From contig OZ260665.1 of the NCBI GenBank assembly GCA_965285935.1, positions 49,786,001-49,850,000 of the forward strand: DNA of 64,000 nt. Direction: 5' to 3'. Source of the DNA: Ophelia neglecta (lineage: Eukaryota). Position numbers and translations under genes: made by a program. The notes under the pieces were generated by a model. The model ran no database searches, was not told the DNA's origin, and worked only from the letters and a program-made list of their open reading frames with translations. Shown piece by piece: positions 14,471 to 27,737 of the stretch; the first letter of the stretch is position 1; the number at the start of each line of letters is the position of its first letter.

Positions 14471-16849
14471 GTAGGCTCATTAAAACTCCTTATTATAACT
14501 ATGGTCACTTGCTTGTTGAAGGGTAAAATTAACCTTCCTGGCACCGAGCTGGTTTGATTTCTGTATGCATGACATGTGCATGTTAGCCCAACGTTTCAAT
14601 AGGTATAATCTGCTCCAAATTTAACCCTCTGTAATAATTGTAATAAATCAAATTAAGTTGATGAAAGACGGCTTTTGATTACACAAGCCGTGCATTTATA
14701 GAACTTGTTTTTATTCATCACATCATCCCTGGAAGACCGCGTTTAGACTATAATATTTGCCAAGACCATTTGACCTCCATAAGGAACAAATAGCAGGAGG
14801 TTTATATCGTAACATATTTGTTGTTGATTTGTTCCTTGGTCACTGCTTACTTAGATAATGCATTAATTCAATGTAAACATTGGTCAGATTTGAGGTACTC
14901 TAGTCTTTTTCTGTCCCTCCAATACCTCCACGACCATGGAGCAGAAGACTGTTGAGTTTTAGGTGAATTCTAGGCGAGGCTAGACCTATTTTTAATCCAG
15001 CTGGCTGAATCATTGCGTGGCTGTCAGATTCCATCTCAGTACAGTCTGATTCAGGTCGTGATGGTTTATAAATCTTCTGTTTAAAAACTATCTCTGATTC
15101 ATCGCCCAGATAGGGAACAGTTGCTGTCATATTAGTCAGTATGCATTGAATGAAATACCGACATTATATTTATAGCCGATAGGATATGAATTTGATAAAC
15201 ATGAGATAGATTTGACCAAAGACATGCTCGTCTAGTGTGATATATCAGCTATAAAATTAACCTCTAGTGCTTCGAGGCTTTTGAAATTTCAAGACAAAAG
15301 GTACCTCAGCAAACAACATTTCCCCAAAATGTCTAATCTTTCATTCACTCATCGCGCCCCTATTCTGTCTGATCTTCCCACCACTTTTAATAGATTTTTT
15401 TACATAGTTTGGGGATTAAGCTTCGCCCCGTAGCCGCACTAAATTGTCTGGTGATGAGCGCGTGATACAGATTAATGTGTTATGATGTCAAGATAGACAT
15501 ATTTTTCTAACTTTTCTGCTATGATCATGTGAACACGGCCTATATTGTGGTTGAACAGAAAATGTTCTATATGAATCGACCCAATGGAGAAATCATCCAC
15601 ACGTGGTACAAGCAGGCTCGTCTCATTGTGTAGGCCTGTAGATGGCTTTAATTTGCCCTTGTCCCAAAGATTCCCAGAATAAGTGTAAATAGGTTAAAAG
15701 TATTATTTCAGTGATGAACGAAATGGAATGAGTTAATCGAAACGATCAATCAACAAAAACCGGCATTATCATGGTTGATATTTCTTTTGCTAATTGAAAA
15801 TGCGTAATACCATCCTTCAAGATAAAAATACCTATAATGATGAAACTTTCTAAGACATAAGTAATCAGATTTTTTAAGTGGCACAAATGTGACTGTTGTA
15901 CCTTTGGCAGCACAAACTCTCCACCAGCACATGTACTCTTAGAGTTCTTACTCTTGCAAACCAGACAATTTCTGGATGCATATACATGCAACTGTTGACG
16001 CCAGTCTCCACCTTTACAGGTTTTGATATGTATCCGATTTACTTATTATAATTACTGTTATTATCATCAAGCCGGTTTTGTTGTGCTTGATCATACGATT
16101 TAACAAGGGCGTTTTAAACGGATTGTAAATGCGACGTCAAGAATGAGGATCATCGAGTGTTACAAGTTCCTTTACAGAAGGTTAACATTATTTCAATATT
16201 TTATTTTATTTTAATACATTTGCCAATGCCATTTTTATGCCAATCTCCGGCTTTTCCCACCGTCTTCTGCAAAAACTAGCTATCTGTGTCGCTTGGTTTT
16301 GTGCCTATCAGGGGATATAGTGCGTGATGTAATGACTTGGTTAACCATACTGCCGCATATAATAGGGAGTATAAAAAATTTCACAACCATTAATGTATAA
16401 AACACAGAGGAGCAAATGTAGTAGCACACTGAAATCATGCCAAGAGGCAAGTTATTTCTTGTTGACTGTTTTTAAAGTGTTTGTGGTAAACGGATCTCAA
16501 TCCTTTGATCATTATCAGTTAATTTGTAACAATTCTCGTGTGCTCATGCTGGCTTTTGATTAAAAGTGACAAACTGCATACACACAGCATGAGAATTTCT
16601 CCTTGCCTCTACTGTCAATTGGAATGATTCTGAATTGTCAAACCTGTTCTCCGTTTGGAAGTCCTAAATGATCCTAACGCTCATACAATAGGGATTAAAA
16701 TTCTCAGTTTGACAAGGGACATGAACATCAGTAGAATCATATATTGGCATTAGAAGCAATGTCTGTGCTAATCATGTCTTATAGTCTTAAAATGACCTGA
16801 CTGGAATCTTAAAAAATAAACTCTAGATATAGATGTTTTTATTTAAGAG

Positions 16850-17150
16850 AAACATAAGAAACAACTTGATCAACATAAGAAACGACCAACTATAACACGA
16901 TAGGAAACAACCAAATATATCAACATAGGAAACAACCAAATATTTTAACATAGGAAACAATCGAATATATCAACACAAGAAACAACCAACTATGTCAACC
17001 TAGGAAAAAACCAAATATATCAATACAAAAAACAATGATATCCAAATAAGAAATAACAAGATCAACCAGAGATGTATATTCCGGTATATACTTCTCTGAA
17101 TAAACTTACGAAACAATTATATCACCATAAGAAACGACAAGACCAATTAT
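16850..17150. repeat. Degenerate 25-bp tandem repeat CAACATAGGAAACAACCAAATATAT, 7 or more copies
   Basis: Units at about 16871, 16896, 16921, 16946, 16971, 16996 and 17021, with decayed flanks. Confidence 0.85.
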
Positions 17151-20100
17151 TCACTGTGAGATACGAAATAACCTCTTCGTATAGACATCATTCTCTGGGT
17201 ATTTTCCAACACAAACTGAGATAGTCGTGAAAACTTCCAACAATCATACTTATTAAAATCATACATGATGCTTATAATGAATTCGATATTGAGTGAAACC
17301 CGTACGTGGGCGCTCTATGCCAATGTGGTTAGCCAAGGGTGGATGACACATGAAAGTCATAAAGGTCGTTCAGTATAGAAGAAACGTATTTTTTCTTGGA
17401 AGATGGTGTTCTCAGCAAGACCATATATCAGCAAGATAAACAAATTGAAAGGCTGCGTGTCTACTGTAGATAAAAGGCATATATCACCTGAAACCATGCA
17501 GGAATCAGTTTGTGAGCGTCCACTGCACGGACAATAAGCAAATTGGTGAACCATTAAAAACAATTACCTATACAGGTAATTTTCAGTAACGTTACTGTTT
17601 TATTGTTCATTTTTGCTAAACATTTATTTTGGCTTAATGTACGTAACTGCACAGCCGCACATTGTACACCGACTCCCATACTGTGGCATTTGTAGCGGCA
17701 AAAATAACCTAATCTTGGATACATTAATAGTTCAGAGAGCTGCGTAATTGTTTATCTGTAAATGTACTTCCTACGCAAAACATACAATTATCCTGGATTC
17801 GTCCCTCTGCTCTATTTTGGTCCACGTACATGTACAAGTTCACATTATCTAGTAGTGCGGTAAAGACAGCTATCAAAGACCACATGTTAGTACCGTGCGC
17901 CCGTCGATAAAAATAGGCTTGATTGGCTCTTTAAAAAACGTATCTCTGTTTCTTTTAAAAAGTGTCTCTGCCCTAAATACAATTGACCCAGACAAAATGC
18001 TTGTATTGTTTACGTACCGGAAGTAATTATTAAGTGCGTTAAACGACAAGAATGGCCAAAAACGACTGAACGTGTTAAAACGCGCTGTCGACGAGTTTCA
18101 GAAGACATGTGGACCTAAGTTTAAAGATGGAGATTTTTGTTGTTTTATTTCACTTGAGTTATATAAGGATACTATGATATTCTTTCAGTCTGAGATGCCT
18201 TGGTGAGAGACATGACGTGTGTTTTCTTGTCATCTTGTACTGCTAGCTATTGCCGCAATTATTTGAGTGACTCAATTGCCAAGAATGTCAAACATACCAT
18301 TTAAACATTCGACACATTCCTTCTTTGTACAATCATAATCCTTACAATTGTACCTTTTGTCCAAGTCGAATTCAACAAATACATTTCTAATTCAGACCAG
18401 AACAATATATATTTTCTCAAATCACTTTGTTGAAACATTAAGAGTACAGAACAGTAAACACTTTGCACATACATATGACTAGACTCCTTTGTTTATTAGT
18501 TCTTCTTTAGGCCACATGCCTACTTATCAGACATTTATATGGAATGTCATTCAGCTAAGTATAGTTGGAATAATTAAACTTGTTTTCTGCTACTTTCTTA
18601 TTAAATTTGACCCAATTGAAATCGGATATTTCTATACGTTCTTAAAGTCTTCTTATAACTTTCTCATGCATAAGATTTCCACTTAAGTGTAGAAATCTTA
18701 AAATTATGACTTCTTTACCTCTTGAAAGGTTAATTTTACATTGCAACAAAGTATTTTTATATGCAATAATATCAGTTATAAGACCTAATCACAGTAACTT
18801 TGAACATGCCGGATGCATGATTGGCAAAGGCTTTGCCAGGGTATAATCGTTTTAACCACAGGGACCATTTATAGTGTCTGTAATGTTTGAAATTTAATTT
18901 CAGGTTTTCAAATCCTTTTTTGCACATATATGCACGATAACTACTTTATAATATGCCTTCTTTTAAATATCAGCAGAGTTTTGGTAATTGAACTCTCCAG
19001 CAGTAGCATTGTTGATTCTGAAATTATTTGATGCAAGTTCAATTGGCCGTGATTAGTTAAGCAAAATGATTTCAATAAACAAAGTCCTGGTGATGGAAGA
19101 AATCAGTCAGGCCCAAAGAAGGGGTGGATAAATGTGTTCGGGTGACCGACTCTAACTAATCTAACTAATTCCAATATCCACCCATTTTACTAGAATTAAT
19201 ATTTTGAAGAAATAATCACCCACTTGTGTTTAGTAAAGTTGTTAATAATAAGAATCCTAACCTATAGATATTATTTAATTTCTTCTAAAAGAGAGTTCAG
19301 ATTATGTAAATTTTGGTTGTACATGACAACAACGCTTTTAGAAATAATCAACATCAACGATTAAGATCGAGCCACTATCATGATTTAATTAACTGACAGT
19401 TACTTTGTATGCGCATTGCTGAAGAAACATATGCAAAAGCCTCATCACTCAAAACTACTGTAGGCAGACGGTATTCTGACGGTTCCTGCCACTGTTTTTT
19501 GTCATATTATGCTTTAAGAAGATTAAAGAAATAGAGAAAATGAAGTTTGTTTCCAATCCATTCATCTAATAAGAATATAGATACTATTTCCTGATATACT
19601 AATTTCCTAAATAATTTGGTGTTAGAGAGACATGAGAAGTCAAAATACACATCAGGAATTCTGCAATAATCACAAATATAAGGTACTATTAATTAAAGTT
19701 ATTATTTACTACTATGCTAAACAATAGAAGTCTAACAAAGTCTGTTAGAAAAGCCGTTGTCAGATTGTGTAGTGTGTATACTACACGATATCTGATTGAA
19801 GCAGGAACGTTTTACATACACTAGTTACTGTTCCCCTCGACCACAAAGGCCGAAGGTTACACATTTATATAGTGTGTTGACGTTTGATACCATTTTTAGC
19901 CAGAACAGAAAGCCTATGACTAATCTACTACTATATCAAATACATCCTGATTAGTTCAAATGGTGTAACAAGTATAATATAAGAAACTTGTATTTTCAAG
20001 TAGTTTTGATATTTACTGACCCGAATATGTAGTGCTATTATTTCGTATGTGACTTTAATAATGACCAGCCAAATAATATGCCAGTGACACTGATTATGCT

Positions 20101-21054
20101 GACTGGTAAAGATTAGATATTCAACAAGAACCTGTTTTATATCATTTGGCTGATTCCCATATACGGAAAATCCTTGCTAATTAAGAATTTGATTTTGTCA
20201 AAAATTGGTGAACTACAATCACTACAAACATTGTGTTGAAATCCACCATATTCCTTATGCTATATATATCACTGGTTTATTTTTCATACCGCCCAAGTTG
20301 CATATAATACTTATACATATATATAGTATGAAGGTGCTTGGCAACAATAGACATGCAAATAACAATTACCTTTGCGTACACAAGACACTTTTGATTACTT
20401 TCATTCACAAGAAAATGGTTTTGGCACATTGGCAACAGGTTTTTGACTAAAGGAAATTAATGACACATTTAACATCCGGTACGGTGATAAACTCGATTGC
20501 CAACTGCCAACAAAAGAAATGCCCCATTTTGAAACGCCAATGTGTGGCAGATTGGTAAAACCGGTTGTGGATGCCCGGCAGACAAAGCAACATCATTACA
20601 TAAAGATAGTCCATTAGATCGGCCCGAATTATCAGGAGCTTTGTGTCAGAGGCCTACACACGCCTATACATTAACGCAATCTCCTTAACAGTGAATACAC
20701 TTGTAGTGCAAAACGTAAAGTTGAAAAGGAAGGCTATGTGAGCCTTGTCAATATAGGTCTTCTCGTCCTATTTTTCAATAAGGATTATCTCGTACGTATT
20801 CTTCCAGCTTGACTTTTCATTTTAATTTCACAATTTTATAATTCAAACATTTATTAAGTCTTTCAAAGCCAACTATTATAATTTGAAAGCTGTCCATCAA
20901 CAATCTTCAGCGGCTGGTTTAAGAACGCCCTTGTAAACTGACATACGGAGAAATAAAAAACATGCGTGTTCATGACATTTTAACGATACAAATGTCATTG
21001 TTATCATTTGATTTCTTCGAAAATGAAATGACATGATATGAATCGTATTTACAG

Positions 21055-21203
21055 GTAACGCCCGGAAGTGTAGCAGCCACAGGATTAACACAGGATGACG
21101 TCATACTGCGGATCGGAGACTCGGACACTAACGCGCTTACGTATGCACAAGCTATGGAAGTCATCAAAGAATACGGCAACACGCTACAGCTTTGCATATA
21201 CAA
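21055..21203 (+). CDS. Gene B exon 2: PDZ C-half (missed by the ORF track)
   Basis: tttacag|GTAACG ... AA|gtaagt; 149 nt, the same length and phase as gene A exon 2. VTPGSVAATGLTQDDVILRIGDSDTNALTYAQAMEVIKEYGNTLQLCIYK. Confidence 0.93.
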
Positions 21204-24124
21204 GTAAGTAGTTTTTCCGCGTATCAGTGTTATTATATAACGATGTCAGTAAAGTTTTGCTTTGTTTCAAATGTGTCTTGAAATGTACAATCGGATTTTT
21301 CATTTCTTTGGTCTGTTGGTTTGGATAAAGAGGTGCAATTGTTAAACTATTTTTAAGAAGATGGAAATTTCACTTCAACTTTTTTCGTTTGTTTTCGACT
21401 CCTTGCTCAGAGTGAGCTGGTTCATAATGTCTCAGTATTTAAAAAAACCTTTTTGAAATGCCAAATTATAAATAGTCACACCTGTTGCGTACAGGATTTT
21501 ACCAAATTGCATCTTTTTCCGTCCAAAATGACCTTACCAGCAGTAAAGTATCTTGTTTACTATAACTTTTATCAAGGCCAGCTGTCGTAAGCCCGGTTTG
21601 GTCATGTATATGACTTTAGGAGTAGTTGGCTTGGTGTCAATTCCAAGGTTATTCGTCTTCTGAGTAGTGACGTACTGTAGTGTATATGATGGAGTAAGTG
21701 ATGGGTAATCCACTTTCTATAGGTCAGGTCTCTGTCAGGGTCTGCCAGCAAACGAGTTTTATTGTCGTGTGCATGCAAACCAAGATAAATATGTGTGGGT
21801 ATAAACTCGGTTTGTTTTTCAGTTGTTGAACTATACGGACAAATTGGTAGAATCTGTATTTACATATTTTGCGAGATTCTTTAATTTAAAGTGATAAGAT
21901 AGTAGTAAATTCCATGTAACACGCTCGAGCCCTGATTATGGTAGTAGTTTATTTTTCTCATCGTGTAACATTGCGTTGCCATTGTGCTGTTATTCGTGTA
22001 CATCTGGTGATACATAACAGTGATCTTTATAGAAAAGTTGAGATGATTACGAAGAAGAACAGGAAAACTCGGTTTTTTTTACTAAGACACGGATGAGCAA
22101 TCGATAGATTTCTTTATATGTATATTATAGGCACTAAAATTGAAACGCATCGATTTCTTCGCTACAGGTTAAAGTTCTTTTAACATTTACAGTTCGGAGC
22201 GACATTCTAAGGATTCTACTGCGCAACACGTTACGCGTTTAATGCTGGTTTAATGCCCTATTGATAGTAGTTGCTGGGCGTTCCGGCACGAAACTTTGTA
22301 CTACTTTGATAAGTAGTATCCACCAATAGGCTGAGTTTGGAACCATTGTAGGGTTACAAGGCCAGTGTGCGAGACGTATTGCTACTCGCTTGCCCCCTAC
22401 CTTCGGTATGCCAATAATGATGTACACATAACTGATGGTTGGTATTCCGCACAGAGAAACTAGATGTGGCGTAAACCGACGAGCAGCTCTCTGCCAGGAA
22501 TTCTAACAAGGAACACATGCTAGCGCTCCAAATATTAAACAGCAAGATGCTGAGTCAGCAATAAATTTTTGGCATAAACTTTCATGAATTGGTTATAAAG
22601 TATCGGTAGTAGTTATGCCGTTATTTAGCGATATTTGGGCCAGTTTTTATCTGTCGATACTTTTTCGGTGGGTTAGTGATTAGCTAGGTACCCCATACGA
22701 TTAAGGAGCTTGGGTATAGAAATAAAAAGTAAGATCAGTTATTCGCTTTCACTTCATCACACAATATGAGGTGCTTATTATTAAAATCCGCGTTTGTAGC
22801 CTTCGTGGATGGTTGAAGCTGATTAAACTTTATTGCTTCCCACTTCCCCTTTAACTCGGAACTATATCTTGCCCCCACCATTCATGCCTGCCTACCCCCC
22901 TTCCCACAAAGACAAAGTCATACTATATAGTGGGCCACAACAACACTTGAGAAGACGCATGAATAAGCAAGTACTGTTTATAGGTGTGGAATGGGAAGTT
23001 GACTATTAAAAAGACGAATTCATCGCTTGTCATTAAGACGTGAAACTAAAGGGCTATTAAACGAAAATAAAAGTTATCAAACGTAAATAAATCACCTACA
23101 TATCTAAATCAGGAAGAAAATTTCCCGACTTTGTGCAAGTTCCCACTCTTCAGAAAATTAATAATAAAATCGTATTTATGAGTGAATAGATTCAAAGCGC
23201 AGTTGGTCTCCATTGGAATTCCAATAGTTTGGTAAATACCTCACTGCCCACTTGGACAAAAATGTTTTCAAAGAGAAAATGAAGTACCTCGACATGTTCG
23301 GGGGCACTCCATATGTGGTAACCTCAACATTCAGTATGTGAAAAGAAAACTTTTCTTTTTACATTATCATAACGTTTCCTGTTTTGGAAATGTGCTTCCA
23401 TCAGCATTATTCCGATTTCTACAACATACAGGGCGTTTACCACGAAAGGTGAATTATATATCTTTGCAAAATCATGTACTTTTTCCACGATTTTAATAAA
23501 AAAAAACACGAAGCCCTTGGGTCCAACTAACGGGCCATGTAACTAACGGGACACTACAGATTAAAAAATATTTTCAAAATTCACAGATGAATATTACACC
23601 AATAAATCAAAATACAACACGCGCCTTAAAGGCTAAGAGAGTCTCGATGACTCTCTTTTATACTGTCCAGGCGTGGATTTTAGTTCCCATTGTTTCAAAA
23701 ACTACATAGTAGAAAAATGCAAATGGCTTTGAGTGATCTCTTTGCTTTTCCTAGAGGGAAGGGGCATGTGCATCTGGCTCATCGAGGAGATATAACCTTT
23801 TTCTCTTTAGTATGTACGGACCTTTTACGTCCCTACACGGTTTTGTGTATTTCAGATAGTTCTATAGGCTTACATTTAAGAGAGAGTCCATCTTACACTC
23901 TCTTAGAGCATATTTCGGCTTATTTGCAGTAAGGGTACATGCAGTTAACGGTTCATCCTAATATATGTGATATCTGAACTAAGAAGTGTCTAATCTTGAT
24001 GAATATTTATGCTTTGTCTGCCGGGTATCAACTCCCGTTGCTGAAGCCGAATTTCTCTGTCATGGCAACTTTGTTTTCACCATAACCACTGATAGCTACT
24101 GAAAATGCGTTTTATACCTGCCAG

Positions 24125-25120
24125 ATAGGGGCAGTGGATGGAGCATTGTGCTCTTATCCGGTGTTACATACAGCACCAGGCAAAGAAAGGTAGAAGATGC
24201 TGTCTCTTTATACTCTCACCCGTGTTATAGACAGTGCCTAGGAGATAAAGGTAGGGGAGGGAGTCTGCTTTACTCTTACCCAATGTAACATACTGTGCAT
24301 GATAGGGGGAGGTAGGGGCTTAAGTTTGCTTTACTTTCACCCATTGTTACATGCAGTTCCTGGGAGATAGGCCTATAGGTAGGGGATTGAGTTTATTTTA
24401 CTCTCACCCAGTGTTACATGCAGTTTCTGGGAGAGATGGGTAGGGGATTAAGTTTGATTAACTCTGTCCCAGTGATACATACAGTAACAGGAAGATACAT
24501 GATAGGGATTGAGTTTGTTTTACTCTTTCAGTGTTACATAAAGTACACTGTAGAGATAGGTAAGGTAACGAATTGAGTCAGTTTTACTCTCACCCGAGTT
24601 ATATACAGTACCTGAGAGAGAAAGTTAGGGATGGAGTCTGTTTTACTCTTACCCATGTTATATACAGTACCTGAGAGAGAAACTTAGGGATGGAGTATGC
24701 TTTACCCTTACCCATGTTATATACAGTAGCTGGGAGAGAAAGTTAAGAATGGAGTCTGTTTTACTCTCACCCGTGTTATATACAGTACCTTGGAGAGAGA
24801 GAGTTAGAGTATGCAGTTTGTTTCACTTTCACCTGTGCTATATACAGTACCAGGGAGAGATAGATAGGGGATCGAGTCTTAGTATTACCCGTCTTATATA
24901 CAGTACCTATGAGAGAGACATAGAGGATGAAGTCTGTTTGACTCTCCTTCAATATAACATACAGTGCCTTGGAAAGGGGTAGAGGATGGAGTTCGTTTTT
25001 ACTGCCACCCTTGTTACATTAAGTACCTTATCAAGATACGTAAGGGATTAAGTACTTCTGACCCTTGTTGCTTGCCCCAGCTGAGACAAACAAGTTAAGC
25101 ATGGAGTCTGGTTCACTCTA
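24125..25120. repeat. About 59-62 bp minisatellite, roughly 16 diverged copies
   Basis: Recurrent core GGATGGAGTCTGTTTTACTCTCACCCGTGTTATATACAGTACC...GAGAGA; the central copies have a 59-bp period (24631, 24690, 24749). Confidence 0.92.
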
Positions 25121-26118
25121 ACAAATAATTACCACAGCTTGTTAAGAATAATTTACAGGAAATGGTATTATGTCGTTGACAGCATATATATGATTGAATA
25201 TCATCAGCAGCATAGCCAAGCTACAACTCATATCTTGCGCTAACTCCCGTCTTCCAACTTTCACGTACCTATATGTAAATACAGCTGGTATCAACACGTT
25301 TATACTGATATGTGTGCAATTAAGATATTTATATGTGTACAGTGTATGGACAAGGAAATACAGCTTTCCTATACTAACTTGTTCACAACACAGGTGCAGG
25401 TTTATTTCTGGGAATGTACACACCTCACCTGGAAACAATATAACTCCAATATAGAGATCGACCTTTATCATTTAATTGGTCTAGGATCAGCAGAGTGGGC
25501 TTTGCAATGCTAAATTTATTATGATAAACCCATGATGTAGCTCAGTTCTACGGGTTGGCCGAGTGTATTTTGGTGTACCAGACAGACTACTGATGATGGT
25601 GTAGGTAAATGTTTGAACGGATAATTGTTTCGGGTGCTAATATAAGGCGGATTATTCTGCAAACGGCACTAAAATATATTCTTCCCATGGTCAAGATTAC
25701 TTATCTCAAAACAGCATTATTTTCTTAAAAGGTGGAAAATTAAGAAAAGTTTAATATTTCTCCCAGAAAAACTCTTTGTTAGAGAGTTTAAGAAAAGCTT
25801 TCTCGCTAACTTTTCTTCTGGCAAAAAGAAAGCCATTTTTTCTCCAAAAATTTTACACTTCTTTAAAATATCGTTTTACGAAAATTATCTCGTCTTGAGT
25901 TGAATAATCTGTACCGTGAAAACAAAAGGATATATATATTTTTTTATGAATATGTCACTTGAAATAGGATTTTTTTATTATTAACCAATATGTGTGATAT
26001 CGTGTTTAGTCTGATTTCATTGAATCGGCATTGCCCTAAAATCTAGCAATGTTGTGTGCTATCAGGATAAAGACAGAAATGATTTCAAAAATTCAGATTT
26101 GAGGGATTCCACTGTTAG

Positions 26119-26287
26119 TGACGTCATTGGGCGATGTACTATTTGCCTCTGGCATTTGATTCGTCAAGGTCGACTGTCTAAGTCGAAAGATGAAGGAGGC
26201 ACAGGTAAACAACCGATATACCGGCTCCCCTTTTTACCTCCAAATTTCTCTGAGGTGTATGGCCCTTGGCTTTCTCAATATTATAAA
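26119..26287 (+). promoter_or_regulatory. Candidate internal promoter of gene B (CRE, inverted CCAAT, TATA)
   Basis: Perfect TGACGTCA at 26119-26126, ATTGG at 26126-26130 and TATAAA at 26282-26287, upstream of a Kozak ATG and an in-frame donor. Confidence 0.55.
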
Positions 26288-26414
26288 TCAGCAGCAGAAG
26301 GCCGTAGGCATGTGTTTCAAGCTGCACTCCACTTACGCATAGCTCAGGTATGCCATCAATGCAAATACGAACCGTCGTACGTAGGCAGTAGACTGCTCCA
26401 GTTGCAGACGAGCC

Positions 26415-26434
26415 ATGGCTTTCGTGGTGGTAAG
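26415..26434 (+). CDS. Gene B candidate alternative first coding exon (MAFVVVR), giving a PDZ-less isoform
   Basis: GCCATGG Kozak context; ATG GCT TTC GTG GTG GTA AG|gtaggt is phase 2, matching the exon 3 acceptor at 27738. Confidence 0.55.
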
Positions 26435-26920
26435 GTAGGTAACTTTAGGACTACAAGAAACTTTGGTTAATTATTGGATAATTCGGTTATTTCCTATTTC
26501 TTTTGGCAGCAGAATTTTATGGTGATAATTATTGACATTGTCAATGAAGCTCAAGGCAGATTATTCGGGTTTTATTCGAGAGAATTTCTTTTCAGGAGTG
26601 CAGGTTTCTGTATTTCACAGGTTTATTTTGTGCCAGGTGATTAGACAGACTGATAGTTTAACTGTTCTTCTTTAATCTTTTTGTGAGCAATACCACTTGC
26701 CGATTATGCCTTTTTCCGAAACCATCTTTATGACTGGGTCAAACAGGCATAAAATTATAATGCAAGATTAATTGGCTGATCTCCAATTTATAGACAAGAA
26801 CAGAGCACATCCGGCTCATGGCGCCACGATGCCTGTTTCCATGTCACACTAATGAGCAACTGCAGCTTTTCTCTCATTTAAGCAAGCGTTGAAATATCAT
26901 TTGCTGGAGAAGTATCTTGA

Positions 26921-26958
26921 ATAAACTATCTTCCTATATATAAACTATCTTCCTATAT
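26921..26958. repeat. Exact 19-bp tandem duplication ATAAACTATCTTCCTATAT x2
   Basis: Directly visible in the sequence. Confidence 0.9.
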
Positions 26959-27737
26959 ATTTAGCAAACTATTAATAATTACATCATTTGGAAGACAAAC
27001 GCTAGAAAAGATGGTTATGTTCGTCTACTTAAATGTTTTACATTGGGCCGCGACTGCTGTCTACACGAAGGTATAAATATAAGTCGGCCTCCAATTGTCT
27101 AATGGCAGTCTTTTAGTTGGCGAGGAGACGTAGTTGAATGTTGAAAAACTATGGTCTTTGACACCATGGTTATTGCCAATGTTCAATCTCATTTTTATAA
27201 AAGACAATCAGCATTCGATGATATAATTAAACATGGAACTATGACTCCATTTAATACATGTCCCTAATATCTAATGAGTTTCTACTTGTTTTTTACCGAT
27301 AATTGATGAACTTTCATAGAAGTTTTCTTTGCTGTTGAGTTAGTTGCGAGCTAAAGTGTAAAGACATAGAAAGAGGCAGTCTGACAAACTCTCTTAGAAG
27401 TTCCCTGTTAACATCTGGAATGCGTAGATAGTGGTGCTCGAGAATACTATATGGGTTGTGCTTAGCAGTTAATGCTCTAAGTTTTCAAACTATGTCAGAC
27501 TGTGCTCCAGTTCAAATGTTCTATGAAACTGCTAACAATCTTACGAGGACAAAGCTTTCTTAACAACATATAGTAGGCATATAAGGCTTACAGGTCCTAT
27601 GTGGTATATTTGTTTCTATTTTCCACGTAAACCTGAATCTACATAGCAAAGTAAACCTTTTTGAAACAACTTTAGGAATAGTACCAATTAACAAGTTTTC
27701 AAAATTTCCCTCTGACGTTATCTCTTCTTGTTTTCAG

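Noticed and set aside
22320-22400. tRNA or tRNA-derived SINE on the minus strand
   Set aside because: Only a vague B-box-like GGTTCCAAACTC; no cloverleaf and no second copy in the window.
24125-25120. CRISPR-like 60-bp periodicity and the 77-aa ORF at 24749
   Set aside because: The whole unit is homologous between copies, so there is no repeat-spacer structure.
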